This document shows, one piece after another, positions 57,801 to 63,542 of a stretch of DNA of 64,000 bases; position 1 is the first letter of the stretch; each line of letters begins with the position of its first letter. A program made the position numbers and the translations under genes. The DNA is from Schmidtea nova. Taxonomy: Eukaryota. Below the pieces are notes generated by a model. It had not been told where the DNA came from. It worked only from the letters and a program-made list of their open reading frames with translations, and did no database searches. The stretch spans positions 257,238,001 through 257,302,000 of the forward strand of contig CM097883.1 of assembly GCA_044892505.1 (NCBI GenBank). Direction: 5' to 3'.

Positions 57801-58249
57801 ATCTCTTCTCTTGGTTCGCTCATTTCAATTCCGCTGTCTGTAGTTATTTTACTTTCGTTTCCTCTTGTTTCTAGTTCACTGTTAGGTTCGTCACTTGAAT
57901 TTCGGTCGATCTCAGTTTCCTTTGCTGATTCGTTATCTGATGCTTTACTATCGTTATCGGTATCGTCACTTTCTGTTTCTTGTTCTACTTCGTCTTCTAT
58001 TTCTTCTATATAATCGTTGTTGGTTTTGTCGACTTCTATTTCACTTATTGGGTTTCTCTCGGGTTCTGCTTGATTTTCTTTGTTGCTTGAACTGTTGCTT
58101 GTTACTGATAATTTATCGTTTTCGATAATCGACTTTTGTATTATTATCTGCCTTGCTTTACTTCCTTTTGGGCCTTTCTGATTATTATTCTTGGTAGCTT
58201 TATTCTTTTCTGCTGGTTTTATTATGACACTCTTTTCTCCTTTTCTCAA
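42860..58249 (-). CDS. gag-pol: 5129-aa polyprotein: Gag (3 CCHC), 2 UBL-like, AT-hook, Bcl-2-like, env-like glycoprotein, PR, dUTPase-like linker, RT, RNase H, IN, ankyrin repeats, FN3-like membrane protein
   Basis: CCHC at 56960-57113; DTG at 50393-50401; YIDD at 49175-49186; TDAS at 48731-48742; IN GGH..CLTC, AMDVIG, TDQGTNF, TNGQTERFN and GPY; ankyrin TPLMVAA-type repeats; hydrophobic spans near 52810, 51060, 44780 and 43075. Annotated start is TTG; first ATG near residue 143. Confidence 0.96.
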   Translation of the reverse strand: MRKGEKSVIIKPAEKNKATKNNNQKGPKGSKARQIIIQKSIIENDKLSVTSNSSSNKENQAEPERNPISEIEVDKTNNDYIEEIEDEVEQETESDDTDNDSKASDNESAKETEIDRNSSDEPNSELETRGNESKITTDSGIEMSEPREEIKDKFSGEPFNGDASKLETFLKEFGIFVEVCKWKPETTVSRIQLYLKDSALDLYLEAKNGTNPPTSWSAIKDFFQQTFGINKVLNEAFTEFSMRKQKINESNAVYASELKKLAKLIFNQDSPINEELMAAIFVGGLRRPDIRAQVGCQGCKTIDQALETANRFELHMIGNDGRIYLAMDTAQNEQEVNLNNHIPNSQQLNRPPPQRRNEGNKVSNYGNQNNYNPQGPTKQCKTCGKLGHWQQECYQNLNCGKCGVKGHSESRCYTITCFNCGRPGHLSRNCGQRSNQRGNWQNTGNRQNYGNQPTGGNRQNYGNQPNNGNQPEYGNQPNSNNNNQNKNTTKEIHLMQEVQRLTELINNTTRGNPQTGQQQINMMRKIESENERLNRESQARHAQEWARIQREEEQKQQERERQPLRINMMRATNQTNTHEKETVPEINPTNPNPTNNEGRKEIIQEDEEAEKETEKEVEKEGNQEEKRKLGKRGMMVILPNKHVFRFQYNIKEEVEILFNKVNEMAPGVTKLPREAFLKIEGAPEVKLKLTDTWENMGVVETKRNVMVIKEIEPEGIPSPVRHETRISRIFKGKMIRRRLGEIDELERKLRKVEVVDDKSESTQKAIKSETRPTENTPSEINQIKHINMLRGQAKNFSDDEEDSDVSSLAGDMLDEPEIEDKKIEVVKTPETIQVKEDEIQKLLDNTLEVIYNEEFIDKKHYRKFMRAILQMNYKEWLPGREVETLSQYVGKLLKEPLHEYIILIEIKTCLPRIWIKTPLTEDIYQWVEDRLGSSYKNKFLYSQNGLVKKRTHLIETGIWPGEVTTLSICDDKREENLQEVAKEANMCFERKIKPRLEYEKGRILRGNLNSMIEQIIPQIKKHRKELMRSEYEKLKRCIECIRDTSHTRWSQISYGKVIAKMGKAMFRQGKITDLKIAVELPNEDTKEIEVVADCTIKELVNVINETLLQREPEEEWEDDIIMKYNEHVLWDHDERRLYKIGIWDNHQTIHVIRMDDTPRETAKDEKRERERQKEVVHKLQQIVDIYRNWRIWPEWEDVLEELNLNRRLRTPVEKQWNERGKCWEPKAGEYEEEYGIGIEDDHKPETGRVCMVTRKAMPADLDGPETTTMWLEREKQKTEEFVEILKTNAHGKRKVVKGLADFFVVNGEDITCLRKVAKAIAEYKRVNEWCPEQLDHVIKKWRNQEFSQESPQKVHLRIVYPNQEKEEFWVGIAEKVRDIKKKLRYEPPFHLQHQGRSLDNSLEIGITPAQLDIANTLTVAAIAGQPLKLKEEKKPKGSMSTPSPMKSVRTPGTSSEQARTTPRETRERTPPEPYDVDEIFTDSDDMLEELIELTKEKDDNIFERIQELPTAIPVTNTEDEVEQEIIIEEVNEIAEEETRRANVENVQFTQEMERWLEERANEPRDVTEETGRETRLVETGTTMDKRPRGRPKMDPANVVIKSREEKRRDQWDLCLKKLNKIAVTKEKETTQTYQGEEWISKMLMEILAIIDPELKKWWRINEISERAKSLHSAIAPILPELIKEKTRSNHLDWQGTTMLIKKLTEGAETDNKYLIAMAYTIYNLLTLSRGRLKPTALERHIKNTAKIIEKEIEPYIISKGGWETFTKTNQKKNQAKNMKKKFEEILGELEKEKSGTGNGKSSLNLSSIIMMMLIWMISTDGATAFEVFDCDQMALGEKYSLRGTEQCKDATPTELKTLKKRQLYHVYQEAELIRTMVRECKVYKTRFAFYCGHRHYSAIVMPGTERESVMLQGEDCEKLFKHGEVETRDRVKIRGKTGVILQQTYYVAGAITGGEGYCQGATYPIFGVAATNLVVIDTYTVELKTYEAFFDPTTGEMKTLPMCKIESNTCQTGMSTLTYQIRGKECQLQLLKEAEFDEIQGKTFQEEEEDEAARGKILQDTVRGEKKIETRTQEKQIKMRNTPTVLITSDADIGMRFVKGKTALKCGVAMLETNYPGIFVSKQEVPSAKRKVHTNDVKLHLYMNNKMDFLFHRGQASLQKVYYDLINNDCILNREILKTKLAVAITNPDSAMPLLPLREGHFGRVVGEVMYVYICKKTNAKVATMTKLQPGQCTNELEIEYKGKVRYVQPVTRIINPISFEPNPFNCSNAYGPLYQKPDGNWVMFPSRTEVPAPREFELMQLSKGRKFKDVDVSNMGFYSAKDLEAARQNILFPARREAVLSSIVTITGGTNYQGGPNYELLLSPAHFKKATENMMKAMWGRFLIFGQMMAGILGVILIIQIIRVIITQMLACFDIYKREKKVNWKLVVGFLPFLAKTMVLHGHSKDIHRIKRLLKILAKMKGTDEEVGRKFKKIMNNEQARQQLKKERKGLWERMKGYRTQDDSSDDDDDDNEGGQVFKNQVPQYVEKNPAEMWKCYAPPPTMYQEPTPGMRQNTMQMMPMTNIYPMIPEDYRTRRCRSVDPQGDSHTIAVMSSNTGPVLTTTIEINGREIEAMIDTGANISAIDIKWIPQEQRRDIERTNVHVIACSKEVVEVAGRWWVKIKHQNTEIETYVAVIPALSVPCIIGTDLMPALFKEIVIDLGTMRLKDRTGQICAIEAKVTSSKQIIVPARREKICFVKIDPTIEGDMIFEPSKRFEKRKSLPMARGLVSANDNGEIPITVVNFDEEDKIIYENERLGKLTPMMDIEIPIKEGVKEEEPTWNIDSQLLNEDQKKQLERLLIEYKDIFAAFDLDLGTCDVTLHTIPLTDETPIALRPYKLAEAQKSVAEAEVQKMLDAEVIEPSCSPWQFPVVMVKKKDGTQRFCIDYRRLNAVTKRDTYPLPDINEMLLTLQGAAYFTSLDLKSGYWQIKMKEEDKEKTAFTIGRDLYQFRKMPFGLTNAPASFQRCMNFVTHGIKQCMVYIDDLLIYSSTFEQHIQDIRDVFVRLRQWKLKLKPSKCDWAKEKVTFLGHIVSAKGKEPDPRNIDKVKECPVPKTITQIQEFLGLCGYYRKFIKDYAGIAKPIQELVKKDVSFIWGSEQQTAFETLRDKLITAPILVHPDFKKPFLLATDASGYAAGAVLGQYDDEGKERVIGYYSRTFKKHEKNYSVTEREALAIILAIKHFKYLLWGHVICITTDHQPLVWLGQHKETSSRLMRWAMQLQEYSPDIKFKSGKANANADCMSRLTFPELTDPEVQRICIMIAEDLDFSELKKDQQEDKELRPIIEFLSSRNMDVFKDNAELKEHMRKYQHRYTIEKGWLLIRDGEKRLMCLPGNRRKEIITQYHDGKLGGHMSDKKTLNRMRQKYYWPTMDEDVKEWIKNCLTCATRKDSGKKWKNPLKPMPIPAEPMTTIAMDVIGPLPESLNGNQYILVITDYLTKFPEAFAMPDQKAKTVARILVEEICCRYGTPKQILTDQGTNFMSEILDEVTNYFRIAKLRTSPYHPQTNGQTERFNGTLIRMLSNYVSKHQTDWDEYIKLCLMAYRMSIHAATKLSPFQLMYGRECNMPIDLEYQPPLSQYMEEDDYVTKFKERMQEIWKTAELNIKFYQESYKDLHDQKKNVKTNDLKPGDWVMIETPEIIPGTVKKLQRPGKGPYEVIYKKENNVKVKLVNRPLIRPIYVNTCRCKKVPKTITTAPEERIITRSQTARMNMLRATNESTEAENNQREKRNKEIVLKAREIMGKWHVRDDILRDIQSIISDYARGLPTKPVISELLEKIPEILSLEDIGGQPALHNAIKWGEVERVKEFLKIAKETNQHLGFWNSEQETPLMVAAIYKSDKAIIDLLINADFNWTERDRENKTVLNHAIWSSNQIMLKQIIEKATWEIDELIKGDIIKEAIKIGNCKTIRKLIKWKRSENDTWVLNINEVYSEGQNTLLQFLLKFVCDQKALLTLLDRRNIIISKNKEECKFESEKEALFRKIREWCAKSLTKTITYKDISNFQDKYKTVEEEYDKLIDILNHPEKCKQFLCQKERESKRKVTPLFSAEVPYQERLDAIQDKAKELLPEFENSKHTLEILGSIVEKVHAYAEGTYNENDMMIIKREMPVTFLLTKNGVLPIHRALRAGKNRRVVEIARLMQDCGSDMNMKDKKGDTLMIFAARANTKTRVLQELYEAGAGLMGRTNKDSSILDVALLAHNWEVINFIKTITNQEEIEYLTRTVKKASVHSMMHNAELTEAILNWMNPNTNEPAFRINECMEQGQNLYIKCALIINKWPKIIDIFMRRKDLRFTNNPKETERTDKWKELMKTYLNNWIKAKKEILDCKLTDKEIPKQAETQEYEASILTTITYEKMIETINVEDDMFNDQRGGDNTGNDDDSTRENPEDHKLSDKEDSEEKGRDTEKNDKNNEFGKQRNNNYKNKNEVKRTGYKQTINPFFKPELLLLTVIMTLISPTQGMICEEKATIQIGNAKGIERVCWSKKDKISGQNSPMDCRISEYEQEIIEIDDLELDTWYRMCTVRKPKDPRSHKTIACANYLTPKVTITVQQSSKGDYVVRKCGRTETQGTKNKKHQTIDRRTTPTIQITIDRPEVRVTTNETERVTYQAELLCLALILTMLKRLEEGIDIDTMAVTEMNDTQNTNPKCWARSNEEIGVSEIKTSRKRKTNKVTKISEVKADRTYELCLLEKERHKKGTTICKTFQPGETMKFIRRGRRNKRTKRRTTIMLELTGIEPDVKGVCWKKQEKKTNQNTPPQCRTNRGTTTIQIEGLESNQTYEICLIRKSDKITVNELECKIYKTPTRTRIGKTTRKSRRQRNKGKTRYTTTFKPNGQQKNQEIQIKTEKNTTATLILWRIDNKTLEICWAVVQEQKERQPRYCENVKGKEEMSIKNLKFNREYEICAVEKTDILGNQQEKCETYYTPVNSTSKGKVRKLEFKELSQTTKQMDAEQIVIDPYARWTPEEVIKEVKRKQQEREQLLNKLKGQYGPMINQSEITKMDVNKQVRELIGLGILAATIPVITVLLIIWIYDVFNKKPITHWPDIKIMNYSIELPEEVHKEFQRRTKGKEFWRQIEDEERYEGKTVMVI

Positions 58250-58798
58250 CGGGATTACTTTTGTATACTCAATTTTCTTGTCTTATCGTGTTCCGATTCT
58301 TTTCTTCCTTAGTTGATTGGTTTGGTTTGATTGATTTATCTAAAATACAAATGTCACTTCAACGATACTCTATTGTTATCGTTGCGCTTTTATTCCCTTT
58401 TTACGGGACTTCTCATTACTGGGTTTCTATTATTTTTCCCCATTCCCAGATTCCCCTTTATTTAAGTCTATTTAAATTATCTATATACTAGTCACAATTA
58501 TCTATTTAGTCATAACAATTATCTATCGGTTATTAAAATACATCAATTATTTTTCCCGCGGTCTCCCAATTTATTTGTCGTTCGAACGCTCTAATTCCCT
58601 GAGTCATTTGACTCGATTATTATTTTTTCATCTCTTTATCTTTCTCTCTGCTAGCCTCTAATTATTAATTCTGCCGGTCTTTCCGGTCAGCTCCTATTTC
58701 TCGATTCTACTTGCATGCATTATTTTAGGTCGCATAATCAGCTTTACTCGCATTTCTCTATTATCGGTGCGCACTATTCTCATTATCGTCGACGATCA

Positions 58799-59012
58799 CA
58801 ACTCTGGGCCTATATTCCCTCTGTTGTTATTTCTTATCACTTGCAACCCTGGGCCTATATTCCCTCCGTTGCTACTCAAACGATTGTAACCCTGGGCTTA
58901 TATTCCCTCCGTTACTATCTTCCTTTAATTTTAAATAATTGCAACCCTGGGCCTATATTCCCTCCGTTGCTACTCAACAATTGTAACCCTGGGCCTATAT
59001 TCCCTCCGTTAC
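58799..59012. repeat. Five copies of an (aacc)ctgggcctatattccctccgtt motif in the element B leader
   Basis: Copies start near 58801, 58843, 58887, 58940 and 58982, with variable spacers. Confidence 0.9.
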
Positions 59013-59057
59013 TATATATCCGGATATCCCTATTGGCTCCTTTGGCCTCTAATTAAT

Positions 59058-59224
59058 ATCAATTATCTCAAATGGCTCTTATGGCCTCAAATTCATATCT
59101 CAATTATCTTAAATGGCTCTATTGGCCTTAAATTCATATCTCAATTATCTCAAATGGCTCTATTGGCCTTAAATTCATATCTCAATTATCTCAAATGGCT
59201 CTATTGGCCTTAAATCATATCTCT
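59058..59224. repeat. Four copies of a 41-bp tandem unit in the element B leader
   Basis: Unit aattatctcaaatggctctattggccttaaattcatatctc. Confidence 0.9.
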
Positions 59225-59267
59225 CAATAACGCCTAGCTAGGTCATTCAATATGGCTCTTTGGCCTC

Positions 59268-59422
59268 AACCCTTTGTTTCAAGGGACAAACCGCTGATAA
59301 CCCTTTGTTTCAAGGGACAACCTCTAATAACCCTTTGTTTCAAGGGACAAACCGCTGATAACCCTTTGTTTCAAGGGACAAATTCTAATAACCCTTTGTT
59401 TCAAGGGACAAACCGCTGATAA
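59268..59422. repeat. Five copies of an alternating 31/30-bp unit, each containing a small hairpin
   Basis: aaccctttgtttcaagggacaaaccgctgat alternates with variants ending aacctctaat or aaattctaat; ccctt-N6-aaggg stem. Confidence 0.9.
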
Positions 59423-59897
59423 CTTTTCCTTAACCGGTTAATCGTAATTCTTAACTTCGCTAGCGACTACAATTTCTCAGCTGAGTTCTCTCAATTTCAT
59501 GCGAGCTGATTATGCACCTCTTATTTTTCTCTATAATTCCTCGATTCTTTGTTTTATTACTAATTCTTTCGCTGATCAGTCATAATTCAATTTTTATTAT
59601 TTTCTCTGCGCGCATCTTACCTCCTCAGGGTTTTCCCTATTTCTCTCCCCAACCAAAATATACAAAAAGATCGCGTTGGTCTACTAATGCGGGATGTGGT
59701 GATCAATCACATCACAAAAGCTTTCCAACATTTGCGATTGGCCCCTTTCTATATACCCCGAGTGGGTTGATCAACTGGTACCTCCCAATGGGTGCTTAAC
59801 GGACTACTTGACAGTAGCTCAAAAATTAATTAACATTGTTGATTGCTCCCCTGACTTTGTCATTCGATACAATATATTAACACACTCTAAATATTTA

Positions 59898-60359
59898 TTA
59901 TAAATAAACCACAATTTTATCAGCTACAGAGAAATTGCACATGGGGCACTCATCACACTTATTCGCACAGTTTTTACAGAATCGAAAATGTCCACATGGC
60001 AAAAACATTATTTGGATTTCACTGTCTTCGCATATGTAACATTGTTTATATTGTTTTGCTGCCTCGACCCCTTGCGACATCCATCGGTTATATGTTAGAC
60101 TTAACTGCTGTTCTATATGTCGGCATCTGATATTCAACTCGGCATCCTCTAATCGTGCTTTGTACCATTTATATCGCGTATTTATATCGAGTTTATTTAC
60201 TTTCTCTATGATTTTTATTAACTCAGTTGTTTCCTCAGTTTGTGTCGTAGGTTCCTCATATTCGGATGCTCTTATTCGGGTTATTTTTTCGCAGACTGTC
60301 TCAAATGTATCGTTCTCGGTGTTGAAAAATTCTTCGATTTCTTTCAGTTTTTCCTCCAT
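59898..60359 (-). CDS. 153-aa protein with a C-terminal IAP/MDM2-type RING finger
   Basis: CYICEDSEIQIMFLPCGHFRFCKNCANKCDECPMC followed by a terminal hydrophobic KIVVYL, as in IAP-type C3HC4 RINGs. Confidence 0.85.
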   Translation of the reverse strand: MEEKLKEIEEFFNTENDTFETVCEKITRIRASEYEEPTTQTEETTELIKIIEKVNKLDINTRYKWYKARLEDAELNIRCRHIEQQLSLTYNRWMSQGVEAAKQYKQCYICEDSEIQIMFLPCGHFRFCKNCANKCDECPMCNFSVADKIVVYL

Positions 60360-60662
60360 TTCCTAGATAATTTATTTAATTACTGTGTTAATATTATTCG
60401 AAAAGTAGTACTGTGTTTCGTTTTCGACAGTTTATAGCCTCCCCCCGTGTTTCGGTAAATTGTCGTCCCGACCTGTTATTTATGAATGCATTTGTTCAAT
60501 TTATCTACTAATTTGTTTTAATTCTCTGTTTGTAATTATCTATTTCCACGCAACTCACTTTTATCTCGATTACTCTTTCGGTTACTATTTCTACTCACAA
60601 AATTCTTATTTTAAATTTCTCTGTTGTCATTGGGTTCGCATTTTCGCATAAAAACAAAGTTG

Positions 60663-60680
60663 ATCCCGGCTGAGCCCCCA
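60663..60680 (-). promoter_or_regulatory. Primer-binding site of element B (tRNA-Pro type)
   Basis: TGGGGGCTCAGCCGGGAT, 6 nt inside the 5' LTR boundary; identical to the element A PBS and spacer. Confidence 0.88.
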
Positions 60681-61213
60681 AATTTATGCTGGGATTATGG
60701 GTGGGTTTTAAGTAATTCAAATAAACAATTAATCATACTAGGGATTCCGCGCCCATAACCATACATAACATGACTACTACACGCGTATGCCCTTGACTAT
60801 TCCCTACTAGTCAAGTTGGTACTGCATACGGTGGTGGAAAAATGATGGGCAGGTGAGCTTTGTCGCCAAAACTACTCCCCATTTATCTTCCCTCGGGTTC
60901 TTGCTGCCGATAGAAGGTCTTACGCATTTACATTCTATGGATGTTCGTTTCCTACTGAATTTTATACTACATATACTTATGATCTATCACACGCTTTTCC
61001 CAATGACGCTCTCCCTCGCTGTTCTACAAGCCTACGAAAACTCTCGCTGCTAAGTAACGGTCGGTGTAGGTTTTACGATGCGATTTTTAGTTCTACGAAT
61101 TACTTATGTAGTCTTATTTTATTTAGTGAAATCCCACGATGAGAGAAAAAATTTACACAGTAATACTTTATTAAAATAATAAAGACAGGTTGTTATGTTA
61201 CATGGAGATTTTC

Positions 61214-61798
61214 CTATTCAAACTCCAGGCTAATCTCCTGGATTAACTCTGCTTCGGTTAAGGAGTTCAGGTGGTGGATTTGTTCGTCCAGGCGCCTTGC
61301 AAATTCTCGGCGACGACGACGCTGTCGCGATCCCATTCGATGTTTTCGAAGCTGTGGGTTTATGACCGGTGCTGACGCTATTGTTCTCGGGGGATCACTG
61401 GGAAAAATAGGCAAATCTTCCGTTGTAAGAGTGGGTGCCATGATGATTTCCTCTTCCGTCCCGCAAGCGACATCTTGGTGAGTGCATTGTATCCAGCGCT
61501 GAGCCGTGATCGGCCGGATTAGCGCTCGTAATTCGGAGTCGATGTAACTTCTTGTTACTGCGTTCAGGCAATTTCGGAGTTCTCGCTGGACGGCATCTAA
61601 TTCCAATTTGGTTGTAGCCAATGCTTCCTGCACTCGCTCGAGTTTTTTCGACTGGTCCTTCATCTGTTCGGGCGAGAACCACTTCGCTTTCAATTCATCA
61701 TTGGCGACCGTGAGTCGCTTGATCTGTCGCTGCTGGTCCCTCAGCTTTCTCTCTTGAATTTGTCCCATGATTTTCTTCGAATTTTCTGAAGTCGGCAT
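61214..61798 (-). CDS. LTR-encoded 194-aa protein; 5' LTR copy
   Basis: Identical translation to 36153-36737. Confidence 0.6.
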   Translation of the reverse strand: MPTSENSKKIMGQIQERKLRDQQRQIKRLTVANDELKAKWFSPEQMKDQSKKLERVQEALATTKLELDAVQRELRNCLNAVTRSYIDSELRALIRPITAQRWIQCTHQDVACGTEEEIIMAPTLTTEDLPIFPSDPPRTIASAPVINPQLRKHRMGSRQRRRRREFARRLDEQIHHLNSLTEAELIQEISLEFE

Positions 61799-62114
61799 GT
61801 TGTCTGAAGATTATAACGATAAATTCACTGGAGGGCCTATCAACAATGTTATTTTATTTAAACAACTATTATTATTATTAAACGAGATGTATATTAATGT
61901 TTTTAATTGTTGAGTTCTCTACAAAATTATTTAACTATCTAATCATTGAAGACTCAAAAGGTTTATTGAACTAATTTTATATTAATAAATGAATTTCCTA
62001 ATGGCTATAACAACTACAATACTAAATCTACATGACAACACTATTAACAAAACGAACATTTCAGAATTCTTTAAAACATTTATTTAATTTAAAAACAGGC
62101 GGCCATTGATTCAG

Positions 62115-62591
62115 CTATTCATCCTCGATCATTTTTCCTCGATACGAAAATACCGAGCGGATCTGCAAATTTGTATGGATTCCTGTGTTATTGGACGAGG
62201 CCTGCTGGAAACGGATTCTCTCAGCTTCTCGGAGGGGTCGGATGGCTGTATTGAACTTGAACCCCAATTCCTTGAAGGTAGAGGCTGGAATGAACCCCCA
62301 ATAAATGACACATCTCGGGAATCCACCTTTGTCCAACATCATGATGAACCAGGCGGCGTGCCATGATTCGTATTCCTCGTCTGGGATGATTGGCCAACTA
62401 GCGCATCCCCGGTACCATACGTGATGCCGTGGATGGTCCCATACTGTAAATGGACAGGCGGTTTCGAGCTCTCGGCGCCATGCCCACATCTTTTGATGGA
62501 TTTGCTGTAAAATCTCGAAAGGAGCCGGCTTTAATGGGCTAACTCGGGCTCGTTCTTGTCGTTTTTTGATAGTGTATCTATGCTTAGCCAT
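62115..62591 (-). CDS. LTR-encoded 158-aa protein; 5' LTR copy
   Basis: Identical translation to 37054-37530. Confidence 0.55.
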   Translation of the reverse strand: MAKHRYTIKKRQERARVSPLKPAPFEILQQIHQKMWAWRRELETACPFTVWDHPRHHVWYRGCASWPIIPDEEYESWHAAWFIMMLDKGGFPRCVIYWGFIPASTFKELGFKFNTAIRPLREAERIRFQQASSNNTGIHTNLQIRSVFSYRGKMIEDE

Positions 62592-63518
62592 GATTCCAAA
62601 ACGATGCTGAATTTTATAATAGTTACAATTTACATCAATAATTAATCATAGTAAATGTTATCTCTCATCGTGATTCCTTTATTATTTGCCTTCCCCTTAG
62701 ACCTTAGCTGAAATCAAGAAAAAACTGTTGTTTGTTACAGTATGCATTACTCTCGTATCTACTTAGCTTTATCGGTTTATGATCAATTTGCTAGACGAAA
62801 AAATGGTGATTTGTCTGCTTGGAGTTTCAAAATATTGGTATTTCAAAACGGAAGCTCTCTCCCGTCATGTATCCCTAGCTTATTCGAAAAACGCTCTTTT
62901 GTACCAAACGCGGTCGACATAATTTTCCTAAGGTTTATTAGACGTTTATTAAACAGCTGCGCTATGGTGAGGGTGAAAAATTGTGCCTCCTCCCGGTTAA
63001 CAACTTCTTTCATATCTTTAAGCTTTATCAAAAAATTCTCGTCCCCTCTGTAGCTAAAATGATCAGAAAATAATTTTCCGGATTTGTTGGGTGTCCCATG
63101 TGCAAGTCTCAACCACTACTGATAAAATTATGCTTTACTATTTATTACTTTACCGTGTGTGGAGCCCTCGAGCACCACGCCACGGACGGACACCTTGGGA
63201 ACCTAAAGCTCCCAACGGCGCAAAATTAATATGATCATTATATATTTTAATGTTGAGTCCAATCACAATAACGTTTAATTCATATAACAAATTTCAACAC
63301 ATGAATGCATAAACACATAAATAATTAGATCAATAGATAAATGACAAAGCAAATGACACAATCATGAATAAAATAATACAGAAACCAAAATACCTAATTC
63401 GTCTGGGTTTGCTTCGATCGGTTCGTCTAGAATTCAAAGTCTATTTGATTAGTGAGCTAAATTTTACACTCTCAACTGACGTTGTAAGATTAGGTATTAA
63501 GTCTGTTTTATCCAAAGT

Positions 63519-63542
63519 CTGATCAGTATTTATACTGATCAG
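63519..63542 (-). promoter_or_regulatory. Candidate TATA box embedded in a palindrome in U3 (second copy at 38458-38481)
   Basis: Minus strand CTGATCAGTATAAATACTGATCAG: TATAAATA within 11-bp inverted arms, ~395 nt from the LTR 5' end. Confidence 0.4.

Noticed and set aside
40900-58130. Dozens of 60-160 aa plus-strand ORFs rich in F/L/S/V antisense to the polyprotein and TRAF
   Set aside because: Shadow ORFs expected from the T-rich antisense of an A-rich coding strand; no motifs, mostly non-ATG starts.
59268-59422. CRISPR-like appearance of ~30-bp hairpin repeats (also the 56-bp array)
   Set aside because: Repeats are contiguous or have short near-identical spacers; there are no unique spacers or cas genes, and the context is eukaryotic.
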